Shown: positions 38,729 through 52,248, numbered from the stretch's first letter. The stretch is DNA of 64,000 nucleotides from Chlorokybus atmophyticus (GCA_009103225.1 RHPI01000560.1:169465-233464); one strand, 5' to 3'. Translations and numbers: made by a program. Notes: generated by a model from the sequence alone, not told the origin.

Positions 38729-40139
38729 ATGGCGCTGCGAATGCATTTGGGCTTGCAGCGCTGCATGCTTGGGGCCGTTGCACCGCTTACAACCCTAACA
38801 ATCCCAGCCAAGCGTGCCTCGAAGGGGAGTTTTCCCTCTCACATCAGGTCACTGTCTTTGGTCGTCTCGGCCAAGAAGGACGCAAAAACAACAGCCAACA
38901 ACAACAGCAACAACGGCAATGGTAACAACACCAAGATCGGTGACCACGACAGCACTAACAGTGCTGCTGCGGCTGCTGCTGCTGGCCCCTATGATGGACT
39001 CAAAGTGCTGGGCGTCCCCGGATCACTGCGTAAAGCATCCACTAATAAGGGCCTACTAAGAGAAGGCGTGTGCGCGTGCGTGCATGTGTGACATTAACTT
39101 GTTGTTGTTGTTGTTACGTGTAAGAGTTTACAACTGGTTCTTGTATAGCGGCAAAGTACTTTCCGGAGGGTGTAGTGTATGAGATCCTGGACATTATGGA
39201 CGTGCCGCTGTACAACCAGGACGTGGAGGACGCGGGTGTGCCCGAGGCCGTGGTAACGATGAAGGCCAAGGTGGCCGAGGCTGACGCCATCCTCTTTGCC
39301 ACAACCGAGTACAATTACTCTGTCGCAGGTGCGGTTGTAAAGAATGCACATGTTGGGTCAGTTTCAAGAGATGTTGATTTGGTCGCTCATGTAAAGGGCC
39401 TCTGAAGAATTGCCTTGACTGGGCTTCAAGGGCACCCAATGCATGGAATGACAAGCCCGCGGCGATGATGGGTTCAGGAGGCGGCCTTGGCACCGCGCGC
39501 TCGCAGTACCACTTGCGACAGGTTGGTGTAACAGACACACTTGAGCGCATCCACTCACACATGTACACACATGGGCACGCTCACAACGACCCATGCATAG
39601 GCACACAGAGCCCTTGCACACACACGCATGCATGCACATTGTCACTATGTTGTAAATACTGCGTGGTATGCATATCTTGTGGTGGAAGGCATCGAAGAGT
39701 GTAAACTGCTACAAGCTGAGTGTCATACTTTCTTTAACACGTGTGCATATACCTGCACGGCGCTGTAGGTTGATTTAGGTCTGTCATGGTTGTTTACTTG
39801 AAGCAAACAACATTGTTCTCGTCCTTGTGTACTAGATTGGCGTGTTCCTCAACCTTCATTTCCTCAACCAACCTGAGGTCCTGATACGACGCTTTCAACC
39901 GCCAACACAGTTTGACGCAGACGGCAACGTACAGGTAAGCCCTCAACCTGCTCTGCTTATACACACAATACCACAACACACCTTAGCAAGCAAGCCCACC
40001 ACGTGTTTGTGCATGTTAGGATGCGGACGTCAGCCGCCGTGTTGGGGAATTGGTGAATGCGCTGCTTGTGTGGACTTTGCGCGTGAAGCCCGCACCCAAG
40101 CCCGCCAAGGTTGAGGAGCCCGTCGTTGCCAAGGCCTGA
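38729..40139 (+). CDS. NQR: NAD(P)H-dependent FMN/quinone reductase (flavodoxin-like FMN_red family) with transit-peptide-like N-terminus
   Basis: GSLRKASTNKGLL; DVPLYNQDVE; ADAILFATTEYNYSVAG|PLKNCLDWASR...KPAAMMGSGGGLGTARSQYHLRQ|IGVFLNLHFLNQPEV. Confidence 0.92.
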
Positions 40140-41714
40140 GTTGACCTATTGCCCACCAACACCAATATTGCTGTTGCTGTTGGTAGCAATGGGTTGGTGT
40201 TGTTTGCGTGTTGGCATGCCAATTGTGCGGGCGACATACAGTCGCTCTGTTGTGGCTTCAATTGTTGTCTAACCCAGTTAAGCCGACCCCTACCATGAGC
40301 ACTTCACTACTCTTGATGCGTAGTTGTTGTTATCTTGGGTTCTGGCTTTTGTGATCTTTTGCTTGTTGCTGCAATTAAAGATAGATAATAGGTTCAGATT
40401 AGATCCTGTTAGATACAGCTGTAAGGCTAGCCCTTGCTGTAAGCAACTTGTGTCACTGACACACATGATGGAGCATACGCTTTGTCCGCCTGGCTGCAAC
40501 ATGTAATCACCGCCACACTGCCATGTGACTGCTGCTCAAGTCAACATGGCCAACCCAAAGTCAGCATTGACATTATGCAGCACACCGCAGTCAGCTGCCA
40601 ACTGTGGGTCATACAATTGTTGCTTGCTGTATATTCTTTGTCCAGAACCATAGAAGTGCCAATACTGATTGGGGTGCAGCAAACTTGTCCTTGCCCCTGA
40701 ACTTAATTGACTAAACTTCAACGTTCTCCGTGCCGCTCCGGCTGCTGGAAACAAGAGAATGCACCAATGTTTGGGATGCATTCAGTAATCAGTTAGCCAT
40801 ACCAATGAAAGTGATTGCTTCTGCACTAAGAATGAAGTATTAATTTGAGCGCTCAACAGCCACAACGCAGCAGTAATGTAACTGCGCCAGCACACCCAAT
40901 GGACACATGTATGAGGAAAATGGCGCAAGCAGTCATGCAGATAAAGCTAGACGCATTGTTCAATCAAACGCACATGTTGCGCAGCGCGTCCATCAATTGC
41001 ACCACAGTGCAGAGCCGTACGCGGACCCAACTTCAATAAGCGTGCAGGCATCTAAAGGCAGGATACCATTTCAACGTGCAAGAGCACAGTCCTCGCATGT
41101 GTGGCGCCAGCTGTGTTGGCTATCATGCATGGTGGATTGGCGCGTGCCCCCCCCCNNNNNNNNNNNNNNNNNNNNNNNNNNNNNNNNNNNNNNNNNNNNN
41201 NNNNNNNNNNNNNNNNNNNNNNNNNNNNNNNNNNNNNNNNNNNNNNNNNNNNNNNNNNNNNNNNNNNNNNNNNNNNNNNNNNNNNNNNNNNNNNNNNNNN
41301 NNNNNNNNNNNNNNNNNNNNNNNNNNNNNNNNNNNNNNNNNNNNNNNNNNNNNNNNNNNNNNNNNNNNNNNNNNNNNNNNNNNNNNNNNNNNNNNNNNNN
41401 NNNNNNNNNNNNNNNNNNNNNNNNNNCCCGCCCGCTTGTTTCTGATGTTACTCACGCGCATCATGCAGCTCGCATTGTTTGTCGCTGCACTGCAGCCCTT
41501 GTCGCAGGTGGGCAATGTAGAGAAAAGAAGGCCAGCCACTTTTGTACACCTGCGACAAATGCAGTGCTTGCATCATCCAGCCCTGCTTTGCATGAGCGCC
41601 AGTCACAACCCACTCAGCTCTTCGGGGCACTGGCTGGAAGGGTCGGTACTCGTGAAAAAGCGTGTGTAAAGCATTAGCAACACCTGCAGGTGTCAAGAGT
41701 CCACGACCATTGCC

Positions 41715-43170
41715 TCAGGTGCGGACTCTGTTGCCGGCAGCTGGGGTGTTGCAGCGCGGGCTTCCGGCCTCGTATCATCTTCGGCGAGGGCTGAAGTTAG
41801 GTCGTCCATCTGTGCAACAAGCGCATAGCGTGTGTTGCATGTTATGGTGGCTGCAAGTGACAGTGCTTTGCGTGGGCTGACAGTTGCCGCACGTGCTACT
41901 CACCACATGCAAGAGCAGTGCAAACTGTTTCTTCCGCAAATCCAGTGTCCGCGATGCTGCTGCCGCCTCTTCCTCGAGGCCAGCGAGCTCCTTTTCTTCT
42001 GTTTCTATGGCAGCCTACACGCAAAAGACAACATATCAACCCGCAGCTGACGATGCAGCATTGCCACTACACTGCAAGGTTTCACTTGTCTTACAGCTTA
42101 GCGTCAGCATGTGTATGTGTGGCAGCCAGTGCTGTATCCATCATGGGTTGGCTGTAGTTTGAGCAACTAACTGTACGCAACATGCAGCACAGAAGTGCAC
42201 GCGCCTGTGTCTGTGCACGTGGAGGGTGTTGGGAGCAAATCTTGCGCAGTCCTTCGTACTCCTCCTGCTCCTGCTTGTACTTCTGCGCGCTCTCCAGCTC
42301 CACCTTCAAAGCCTCAATCTCGACCGACACCTTCTCCACCTGCTCCCGCAACTGATTCTGCAAAGCCTGTTTCCACAGTTCATGTCAGGTATAACTGTCA
42401 CATTCTGTTGAAGACATGCGTGCTTGCGCATGCCAGCGTGTGTGCATGAGCTTTAGACCCCAGCCTCAACATCATGCTCGACCACAACGACGTGGAAAAT
42501 CAACTCGAGTAGACAATACGGAGAATATAGAAGGAGCACTAGGGGTTGAACATGCGCATTGCTAAGACTTGCAACAAACATTGCGACAAAGCGCTTGGAC
42601 GCTACGTGAGTTTGCTTTTCACCTCATAGTGCTGCTGCTCCCTTTGATTGACGCTGTCGACAGCGGCGGTCTTCTTCGCCTGGAACTCGTACTGCGAGAG
42701 CTCTTTCAAAAACGCCTGCACCGCCTCCTCGAAGCCGCCGCCACCGCTGGCCGCAGCGGAGAGCAGCGAAACCTGCCTCTTTGCAAGCTTCTGCTTGCAC
42801 ACATCAAACACGTATGCACAGACACGAATTAAACCACTATTGAATGGGATCGGGACACCACTCGGCATACATGACACCACACCCAACCGTGAATGCTCAA
42901 GGACTCTAGCACTGCGTATGCCACTGCGTAAGCTCGGGTTAGAATGCTGGAACTCAAACGCAGACTATCAAACTGTATGGGCAGACCATGTGTGTGCACT
43001 ATCGGCAGACTCTACTACTGCAACGCAACGCTTGTTGTTGCATGCTGTGAACACAGTGCAAGCCAACTGCTGACCTTCAGAGGCGGATCGCCCCTCGCCA
43101 CGCTCGCCCGCCATATCAGCCTCTTCCTGATAACGGCCTCCTCTTCTGCAGCAGCCGCCGCGGCCGACAT
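41715..43170 (-). CDS. THOC7: THO complex subunit 7
   Basis: EEEAVIRKRLIWRASVARGDPPLK|KL; AFLKELSQYE; IEALKVELESAQKYKQEQEEYEGLRKICSQHPPR; LDLRKKQFALLLHVV match plant THO7A. Confidence 0.92.
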
Positions 43171-43373
43171 CGACCACCAACAGGAGGAGGACGACCACAA
43201 CAACAGCGATGTCCGCAGCGCCCTGATCCAGTGCACGTTAGGTTCACTGTGTGCTTCGTTAGCCCAGCGCGTTAGCGAATGCCAAACGTTATAGGGATTG
43301 CCTGCAACCCTACCTTAAGCGCCGTGTGGTTGGCGAGGGCGGCGGCGACGGCGGCGGCGGCGGCGGGGGTGGG

Positions 43374-44675
43374 ATGGCGGGGGGGCATCATGGGCCGGGC
43401 GTGACATACGCAGGGCTCACGCTGCACGCGCCCAAGACTTGGCACACGCGGGTGGCGACAGCCATGGGCGCCATGACCTGGTGAGTGGGTTGGCAGCTAC
43501 GATCGTGCTGTGCTGTGCTGTGCTGTGCGGAGTGCTGCGACACAATACGTTCGCGTTCTAGCTTCTGTGGTTCATTATTGAATCGAACTTTGCAAGTTTT
43601 ATCCTGTACGGCGCCTGCAAGCTTACACGTAATGTGCAGCATTTGGGCGTTGGCATCACTGTCTCTTCGTGCCTCATAGCTTGTAGATTTGCGAAACTTT
43701 ACAGTGCTCCACGACTAGCGATCGGCTGACCGTCACACTAACTCAACAACGGCTGGCAACAATCTATGGATGCCCTCAATTTGCTGTTGCCCATTGCTAA
43801 TATTGTCGTTAGGGTTGATTATCATTGCTACACCACACACTCAATTCAGGCAGCACTAGACTGCTCTTTGCGTTGGTTAACGAATTCACCACATTGATGT
43901 TGGTACTCGCCTGTGCGTGCTTCCAGCAGGCACATTTGTGTCACTGGAGTATTTGCATGTTCCGCTTGCTGATATATTGACGTCAATATGACGTCAATAT
44001 ACACAAATGTACTGATATATTGGCTTGACGTCAAGATATCAGTATATTTAGGTCCTTGGGCAACCTTCAGTCTTAGAGCAACATCACGCTGACTTGTACC
44101 TGGCAGTCCAGGCATTGGTTGATAATCTGTGTTTCTATGCATGCTGTGCAATTGGCAGTTACATTGTCATTAGACACCCAACTCAATGCATTGGCTACGT
44201 ATGGCGGTTATAGCAGCAATGAAACTGGGCTTGGTCAGCATTTCAGTACTGGTGGTTGCGCAGGTTCTGGATATTTTACCGCTTCAAGCAGGATGGCGCA
44301 GTGCTTATGGTGAGCGCATCCCTTCGCACAGCACACTGACTTGAAAAGCATATCAAGGTTCTTTGCTAGGTGTGTATTCGTGCGTCATAAAGTACTGATG
44401 TTGGCTTGATTGCTCAGGGCAAGCATCCATGGGAAGCACACGGGCATCATGACCATCACGACCATGCCCATGTGAGTTCTTGTTAGTTGACTGTGTGCAG
44501 CATCACCGGTAGACGCGTGCGTTTTCTGTGCGTGTGGCAAGCAGCAGCAGCGTAACTTTGTTGGCTTGCTATGGACTGTGTTTGTTTTCACAAGGATGGA
44601 AGGCAATTTTTGGTTTCTTGACCAGTAATGTATGTGCAGGGACATGCTCAGCAGCATCAATCAGCATCAAGCTGA
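43374..44675 (+). CDS. NDUFB2: Mitochondrial complex I subunit NDUFB2 (AGGG), plant type; missed by the ORF track because of short exons; last exon tentative
   Basis: Exons 43374-43480, 44264-44309 and from 44418 give MAGGHHGPGVTYAGLTLHAPKTWHTRVATAMGAMTW|FWIFYRFKQDGAVLM|GKHPWEAHGHHDHH, like plant AGGG (GGITYKGVTVHTPKTWH...WFWILYRAKQDGPVVMGWRHPW). Confidence 0.85.
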
Positions 44676-46059
44676 CCGTGACTCAGGAGTCTTGTTGACT
44701 TAGCCGATATAGAGCCACAATAGCTGGGCTCTCCCCTCTCATTGTACAGCTGTTTTGGCAGACAATGATGTTGCATTGCAGTGCTGCCAATGTTATTTCA
44801 TGAGAAAGCTTGTAGGTCCCGCTGGTTCTACTGTACATAAGATGCAAAGGAGTTTGAACACACGCAATGCGTGAGCAACCAACCAACAATCACAACAACT
44901 CACCAACTCGGATGGCATGCATGCAGAAGTGGTGGTTAGTGTGGATGCACAGGCATCCGCTGTAGTGCTCACAGAACCAATTGCAGCGCATGATAAACTG
45001 TGTGCGTAGGGTGTTTTGATACTCTTCACTGCTTCAGTAATGCTCTTTACTGCGTAATGCCAATCACTCACTGTATTGCAGGTAGTCTTGCACGATGGCA
45101 TACTGAAAAGCAGCGCCTTACACAGGCGACTGGATAGCTAGTACTGTCGCATGCCTGCCATATGTACAAACAATGCGGGGCGTGCTTGCTCATGCATCGT
45201 GTCATGCATATGTCATCACGCAGACAGCAACCAGCAGGCGCACACTCACATATATTCAACCACCGGGCTACACTACTACATCTAGGCCAACAACTACACC
45301 ACCACCCCGTTAGTCATGCAAGCATGCATGCAGCATGCAAAATGCAATCACTCTCTAATAATGCATGTACAGGATACATGACGTGCTATTAGGCACACGC
45401 ATGCAATGCACACAATTACTCCAGCATCACATGCATACTAGTATACATCTCACCGTTGTCACCACCGGGCTAATCTACTGCATTAAACTACCAGCTACTA
45501 GCCTTCCCCATTGAACATGCACACGTTTACCACAGCCTGCCCACACGGGCTGTGTCTTGTGCAGTCGAAGCAAAACAGGCAGCGATAAAACTGCAGCACC
45601 ACATAAGGGGAAACATGTCAAGTGCATAAGGTAATATACGGGTCGTACTCAGCCTAGACAACAGACTATAGCACCAACAACGCACACACTCACATTGCAT
45701 GTGTCATGCATGGCGAAATGCTACATGGCATTTTTGTAAACACAGCCACCCACAAAGCACCAGCATGAAGTCTGTACATGGTCAGAGCCAACAAGCCCTA
45801 TCAATGTGAGGCAGATGGGCCTGCCACTGCACGGCATGAGCTGCAGATTATCGAAAATCCAATTCAACGCAGTGCAACCAAATGCAAATCTGTTGTACTC
45901 GTCAGGACCGGCATAGCTGCAGGCAAAGTTGCTATGATGAGTGGCAACAATGAGCAGCAATGCTTGTAATCTGCGGCGAAAATTGCTGCCAAGCACAGCG
46001 CACGGCACAAGCAGTGCACGAACTAACCAACAACATCTATTGAGATGTACAGTGTCTGT

Positions 46060-48471
46060 CTAAACCTCGGTCTCCGCTGGCTCCTCCGCAGCCTGAACCG
46101 CAGCTGGCGGTGGGGCCTGTTCTGTCTCTGGCAGTGGCTCCTCAGCATAGTCGTTCTCAAAGGCATCACTTGGCACGTCATACAGCCGGATAAGGGGCTT
46201 GTTGGGATCTTTCACAAGCAGGTACTTGCCCTCCTCCAGCTTCATGCACAGGTCAACAACCGTCTTGAGGATGCCCCACATGTTGTTCACGTTCAAGTTG
46301 ATCTGCGTGGAGAACTCCTTGGGCTTGTAACCCTGAGTTGCCAAGATGACATGGTTGTAGTTATCGCGAGGATGCAGTCGTGACACGTAGCCCAGCTTGA
46401 TGAGATCAGCGCCGCACATCAACGCCTGCGCCGTCCACTTTGCCAGCTTGTTGGCATTGTTCTTCAGCTCAGTTGCAAGGACTGCACCGCGCTGCGTTTC
46501 CAGCTTCTGCCTCCAGTCCACACCAGTGATCTTTGGGTCAAACTCGTTCAGGGCCTTGACCAGCATGAAGTTGTCTTGGCCCTTGCTTTCAACAACGCTA
46601 TCGATCTCACACCTCACAATCAAGCTGTTACCATCGCTGAGCTTCCACCTCCTGTACCTGTATGCAACTGAGGCTACTTCTGCATCTTGCGTCGCAAATG
46701 GGTTGGGCTCGTCAAACGCATACTTCTTCCCGTCTTTTAGCAGAACTTGCTGTGAGAAATTCTGGTTGATAAAGGTTGCTTCCTGGCTCAAGGATGCAAC
46801 ACCATTCATGTTTTCCTTCTCTTCAGTGACAGGCTCCTGTGCAGTCTCCGAAACCGTGAGCAGATCAAAGGAGTTGTCCCGCTTGTCAAAGAATAGCTTG
46901 TTCCCAACACGCTGCACAACAATGTCCCAGGAGTACACGGATCGCGCAGCACACATCAGCGTGGCCAGGATGGAGTCGGTTGCAAACACAACACCCTGAT
47001 CCTCGTTTGCCAACCTCCGAATGATGGGATCGTCCGTAGTCGTGACATTATGGAATTGCCGCTTCTCAAACCTCTGCAAAGGCTTCTCCGTCTTTGGCGT
47101 AACCCTGTCATACGCCTTGTCATAGTACTCGAGCGAGCCGCAAGTGGCGAGGGTCTCAGGTTCCTGCACGTCAAAACTGAGCTTTGCGAGGGATGACAGC
47201 GGAATCTGCTCAAGGACGCTCCACTCGGGACGAATGTCGACCGAGCTGTTGTACTGCACTCTGTTCTGATCCCGATTCTGCCAAAATTGCCCGTAAGTGC
47301 CCCTCTTGCGTTGTTGTTCGCGCTCGCGTCGCTGCCGCTCGCGATCCGCACCGGCACCACTATCCCTTCCTGTATCTCGCCGATCGTCGCGGTCTCGCCT
47401 TGGGAAGCGATTCTGTAAAGCAGGTTGTAAGCTTCTGCATGTGCACCCACTGGAACAAGAATACTGATTGGCCCTGCCTGATCGATAAACATCTAGCTGA
47501 TGCAAACATATGCGCGTCAAGCTGCAAGACAAAACGCACCTGCTGGAAGCGCCGTGGTCCGTACTTTGGTCGCGGTGGAGGTCTACTGTCAACGAGATGG
47601 AAGGACTCCTGCACAAGGGATGGTGTTGATTGCTTACGTTGAAACCCATACTACTGGGCCATGTGAACACAGCATGCAGACACAGATGCTGTGCAATCCC
47701 CATGACTGCCAAATCCTGCCCGCCTGTGCATGTCAGCGCACCTCATCGTTTTCATGAAAGAAGTTGAAGGCCATGTTGACGCCGCCAGTGCGATCGCCAT
47801 ACCGTCCTGCAATACTTGTACAGTCAACAATGTGTCCGATCACGTATGCTTTTGTAGCGAAGCATCATACAGAAAACAGACGTTAGCTGCACAGTTACGC
47901 GCTATAGGAGAGATGCAGTGGACCACGTGCGACAGCTGACAATTGACACAACCCTAGAGCGTGCTCGTTCCAACGGAGACAAAATGAACAACACAATTGC
48001 GAAGGCAGACAGGAACAATACCACCACTGTTTACCACGTGGCAACCCTAACCCCATCTGTGTCTATTAGATTGATGTTGCTTTGTAGGAGCATGCACGGC
48101 CAATTTGCGAGATCCATGCAACGTGAGAGTGCAGCTTTCAAGCCTGACAGAGAGCCGGGGTTCAAGCAAGCTGAAAGATTAGACGCAAGCGGACGATACG
48201 AAACGAAAAAAACGCCCCTACAGACTGCGATGAACAAGTTAACTAGCTTTGCATGGAACGCTCGGCCATACCAAGGTGCAGGCATGCGTACATGGAGGCA
48301 CCCACCTCCGTATTTGTAGCCCTGATTCGTCCAGTCAGAAGCGCGTCCAAGCTTATCGCTCTTGTTGAAGGGCGCGTAAGGCACTTCCTTGAAGTGCTCT
48401 GGTATGTCTGTAGGCCCCCACCCCTCATCGTTGTCCTGTATGACCGGCGCCTGAAACGCCGGCGGCGCCAT
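46060..48471 (-). CDS. eIF3d: Eukaryotic translation initiation factor 3 subunit D
   Basis: [31 protein letters not shown]; SFHLVDSR; [15 protein letters not shown]; SVYSWDIVV; [29 protein letters not shown]. Confidence 0.97.
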
Positions 48472-48705
48472 GCTGACGACGCCAAGTCACGAACCCAGTC
48501 GACGCCAAGCAGCCCCCACCTAACCCCCGTGTACGCCACGGCCGACTCCGCAGCTAACCACACCGCCGTCTTCGCCTCGGCCGCCGCCGCCACCGCCGCC
48601 GCCGCGGCAAGACAAACAGAACTAACGTTATTGCCCGCTGCCTTTCTGCAGCAACAGAGGTTCACTTGCGATTGAACGAACTGCCTGTGAAACCGCCTGC
48701 GTCGA

Positions 48706-48714
48706 TTAGGGTTT
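48706..48714. promoter_or_regulatory. Telo-box (AAACCCTAA on the minus strand) upstream of eIF3d
   Basis: ttagggttt lies in the eIF3d/PAP divergent promoter. Telo-boxes are typical of plant translation-machinery genes. Confidence 0.5.
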
Positions 48715-49278
48715 GCGCAGAAGGAGGGAAGATTTTGGGAGGCGGGCGTACGTGGGGGCGTCGTAGCCGCCGTCGTCGCTATCGGCGTGGCTGTTGTGGT
48801 GATTGCCTTGGTACGTTTGTTGCTCTCATTGTGTCTGATTGACTATTTCGTCACAAGAACCGTCTTTTGACGTGTTGACGTGACGCTCTGCGCCGAAAGC
48901 TCAAAGCTGTCGTGTAGAATGGTAAGCTTGCTCTGCGTGATCAGCAGCGCTAAGCATGAGTGAGAAGCATAACGCATGCGTATGCCTGTAACCGATTCTG
49001 TGTCTTGACAGCTGGGTAAGCTGGTCGAGTCACCATGATGGCACCCGATGACGGAACCGTGTACCGTGTGTTCTCTGGCTGGTTGGCTGCTTGCGTCGCA
49101 GCCGTAGGTATTGCTGTCAAGCAAGCGCTTTGTGTGGTTGTAGCGCAACTTCATCACCTTGAAAGCAGTCTGCATAGCATGTGTGTTGCTTTCCCCCGTA
49201 TACATTATACCTTCTGACGAAGGTATGCTCGCCGTGATTGCAGAGATGCCACCGTGGTAGCGGCGATCAGCCAATGTG

Positions 49279-52248
49279 ATGGCAGGGCCAACACGCCACT
49301 TGGGCGTGACAGAGCCCATAACAACGCAAGGGCCAACTGCGGAGGATGTGGTTCTCACGGAGCAATTGGAAGCTGTCCTGCATGCAAGACATCTTTATGA
49401 AAGTGTAGAGGAAAGCGTTGCACGCGAAGAGGTCAGGCAACTCTCCTTGCTGTCGGTGTTGCTGGTGGTGTTGCTGGTCATGAGCATTAGCCAGCATTGC
49501 CCCAGTACCTTCGACTGCACAGCACGCATCCGCAATTTTGTCTGCACCTTGCACAGTAACAGCAGGCACCCTCAGCGTAACCCGCGATATTGGAACTATG
49601 TCGAGTGGTCAAGTAACACATTGCCCCATTGGTGCTGTGTCTTGCAGTTGGGTATACAAGCTCTTTGAGCGTGCAACTGGAGCAGTTGTTGCATTGCCGA
49701 AGTGTATGGAGCTTGAAGTAAGTAATTTCGTTGCAGGTGTTGGGCAAGTTGGATCAAGTCGTTAAAGAATGGGTGAAGCGAGTGAGCGTTAACAAAGGTT
49801 TTAGTGAGCAGTTGCTGGCAGAAGCGAATGCCATGATATTTACTTTTGGCTCCTACCGCCTTGGTGTTCATGGACCTGGTGCGGATATTGATACCCTGTG
49901 CGTCGGACCACGACATTGCACGAGAGAAGAGGTGAGCAACAGCAGATAGGCGAAAGTAAACTACGTAGATTCAGTGCTGCATGTCCCACCTATATTCAGG
50001 CGCTTCGCAGTCAATGCAGTTTGTTACATCGCTTATGTGGGTGTGCGAGCATGCGCGTGCCTGTGCATTCCAGTTGCACTCTCATGGTTCTTTGTACGCT
50101 GGTTTCATGGCATGGAAGTTGTTTGTGTCTATTATTGCCTCCAATGCACCATTGTGTTTGCAGGATTTTTTTGGGGAGCTGTATAAAATGCTTAGCGAGA
50201 TACCTGAGGTCACGGAGTTGCATCCTGTGCCTGACGCCCATGTGCCTGTGATAAAAATGAAGTTCTCAGGCATTTCAATCGACCTGCTGTATGCACGATT
50301 GGCTTTGTCTACAATTCCTGACAACCTTGACATCTCGGATGATTCGATTCTTCGCAATGTAGATGAGCAGAGTGTTCGTAGCTTGAACGGCTGCAGAGTC
50401 ACAGATCAGATTCTGAGGCTTGTCCCCAGCATTCCTCACTTCCGCACCACGCTGAGGTGTCTGAAACTTTGGGCACAGTTGCGAGGTGTGTACTCCAACA
50501 TGATTGGCTTTCTGGGAGGTGTTAATTGGGCACTTCTTGTTGGTCGGATCTGCCAGTTATATCCAAATAAGCTTCCAAGCACACTGATAGCCCGCTTTTT
50601 CAGGTATGGGATGGGTCTGCCGTGTTAAACAATTTCAAGGATACTGAGTGCATGAATGATTCGTTGCACAGGGTTTATCAGGATTGGAGGTGGCCTGTGC
50701 CCGTGATGTTGAAAGAAATAGAGGACGGTCCCCTTGGGCTTCCAATCTGGGATCCCAGGAAAAACCCACGCGATCGCATGCATCTGATGCCCATCATCAC
50801 CCCCGCATACCCTTGCATGAACTCTAGTTTCAATGTCTCTGAGAGCACATTGCGCATCATGATGGCGGAGTTTAAGCACGCAGATGACATCTGCCAGACT
50901 GTAGAGATGCAGAAGGCTACCTGGGACGATTTACTGCAATCCTATCCTTTTTTTGATGTCTACAAGAATTTTTTGCAAGTCAACATCGTGGCTGCAAGTG
51001 AGGCAGATCACAGGCTGTGGCATGGTTGGGCGATGTCCAAGTTACGGTTCTTGCCGTTGAAAGTGGAGAGGGGCACACATGGCAGGTTGCAGATCCATCC
51101 CTGGCCAAAGGAGTACACTGATGGCAAATCTGATGCGCAATCTGCAGTCTTCATGGGCCTTCAGCCGCAGCGGACTTCCAGTCAAGAGGCTGGTCCCTTC
51201 AATGTAGATCTGCGGCCTGCTGTGGCAGAGTTTAAGCACGTACTCCTGAACTGGAACAATTGGGCACCGGGGATGGATGTTATCATACAGCACATCAAGC
51301 GAAAGCAGCTGCCAGATTATGTTTGTAATGGATTACGGCCTTCCGCCGTTCCTGCTGGATCTATACCCATCCCGAAGCCACCTCCACGCGTAAGTTGCAG
51401 GTTGCAAGTCAAGGCGGTTGTGAAGGCTCTGAATCCAGAGCCTGTGCACCTCGTGCATGACCGCTGTCTTGTCCTCCGCAGCCAGAACTGCCACTAGGCC
51501 CAAAACGAAAGATGGGCTCCGCTGACATTACGGATGAAACGTTTGATGGAGAGTCCTGGTGCATGAGTGCGAAAGAGGCAAAAGCTGCAACAGCGACTCT
51601 GGAAGAGGACACGCGTGGCCTTGGTGCAGAGCTGACCCCTGCTGCAGAGCTCGCAGGTCTTGTTCTACATGAGTGTCAACCTTTTATGCAATTGCTGAGT
51701 CGGCCTTGTGTTGCAGATGAGGTCCCTCTCAAGACACAGAAGGCAGCTGTGCAAGACCATGCCACTAGCAATGACCAAGTTGCCAACGAGGATATTACAC
51801 GTTCTTCTGACACGGTTGCAGATGGTGGGCTATCCCAACAGTCTGAGCAGGCGCCCGTGGGTGCAGATCTTTATGAGTTGGAGGTGACTTCAGCCTTGCA
51901 TCTTCTACTGGCTGTGTTGTCCTGTCATGCAGTGTGAAGCTGATGCAAAGGGCGCATGTACCAGACGGCGACAAAGGCGTTTCCTGTGGTCGCTGCTTAC
52001 CCTACCAGTCGACCAGGGTTGCGACGGCCAGTTGTCAGGTTTTCGCACAGTGGCATCTTGCGTACTTGCGGTTGTGTGGCTGGATGATGTCTGCGTGTGC
52101 GCAAGCGTTTCTCTCGTATCCATTCTCTATCTTTCACTGACCCTAGTATATGTAGACTGCGCACAGTCCCCAAATCTGATGGCGGGTAGCAAAGCTGGGT
52201 GGTGGTTCTTTCTCAGCCTCCGCGAAGGTGCGCAAGGTGACATCGTGA
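49279..52248 (+). CDS. PAPS: Nuclear (canonical) poly(A) polymerase; 3' exons approximate
   Basis: LGVTEPIT; [24 protein letters not shown]; [23 protein letters not shown]; [13 protein letters not shown]; [12 protein letters not shown]; [16 protein letters not shown]. Confidence 0.97.

Noticed and set aside
40960-41040. Ankyrin-like TALHCGAIDG on the minus strand
   Set aside because: Single short motif among stop codons; compatible with chance.
5303-41677. Long ORF-track entries running through N gaps (e.g. 5605-6891, 10043-11002, 23968-24576, 34593-35266, 40907-41677)
   Set aside because: Artefacts of X codons and flanking microsatellites or homopolymers.
42015-42206. GC-AG intron in THOC7 (CAG|gcgcgt)
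   Set aside because: An alternative GT donor 4 nt further with a nearby AG also keeps the frame, so it cannot be decided without reads.
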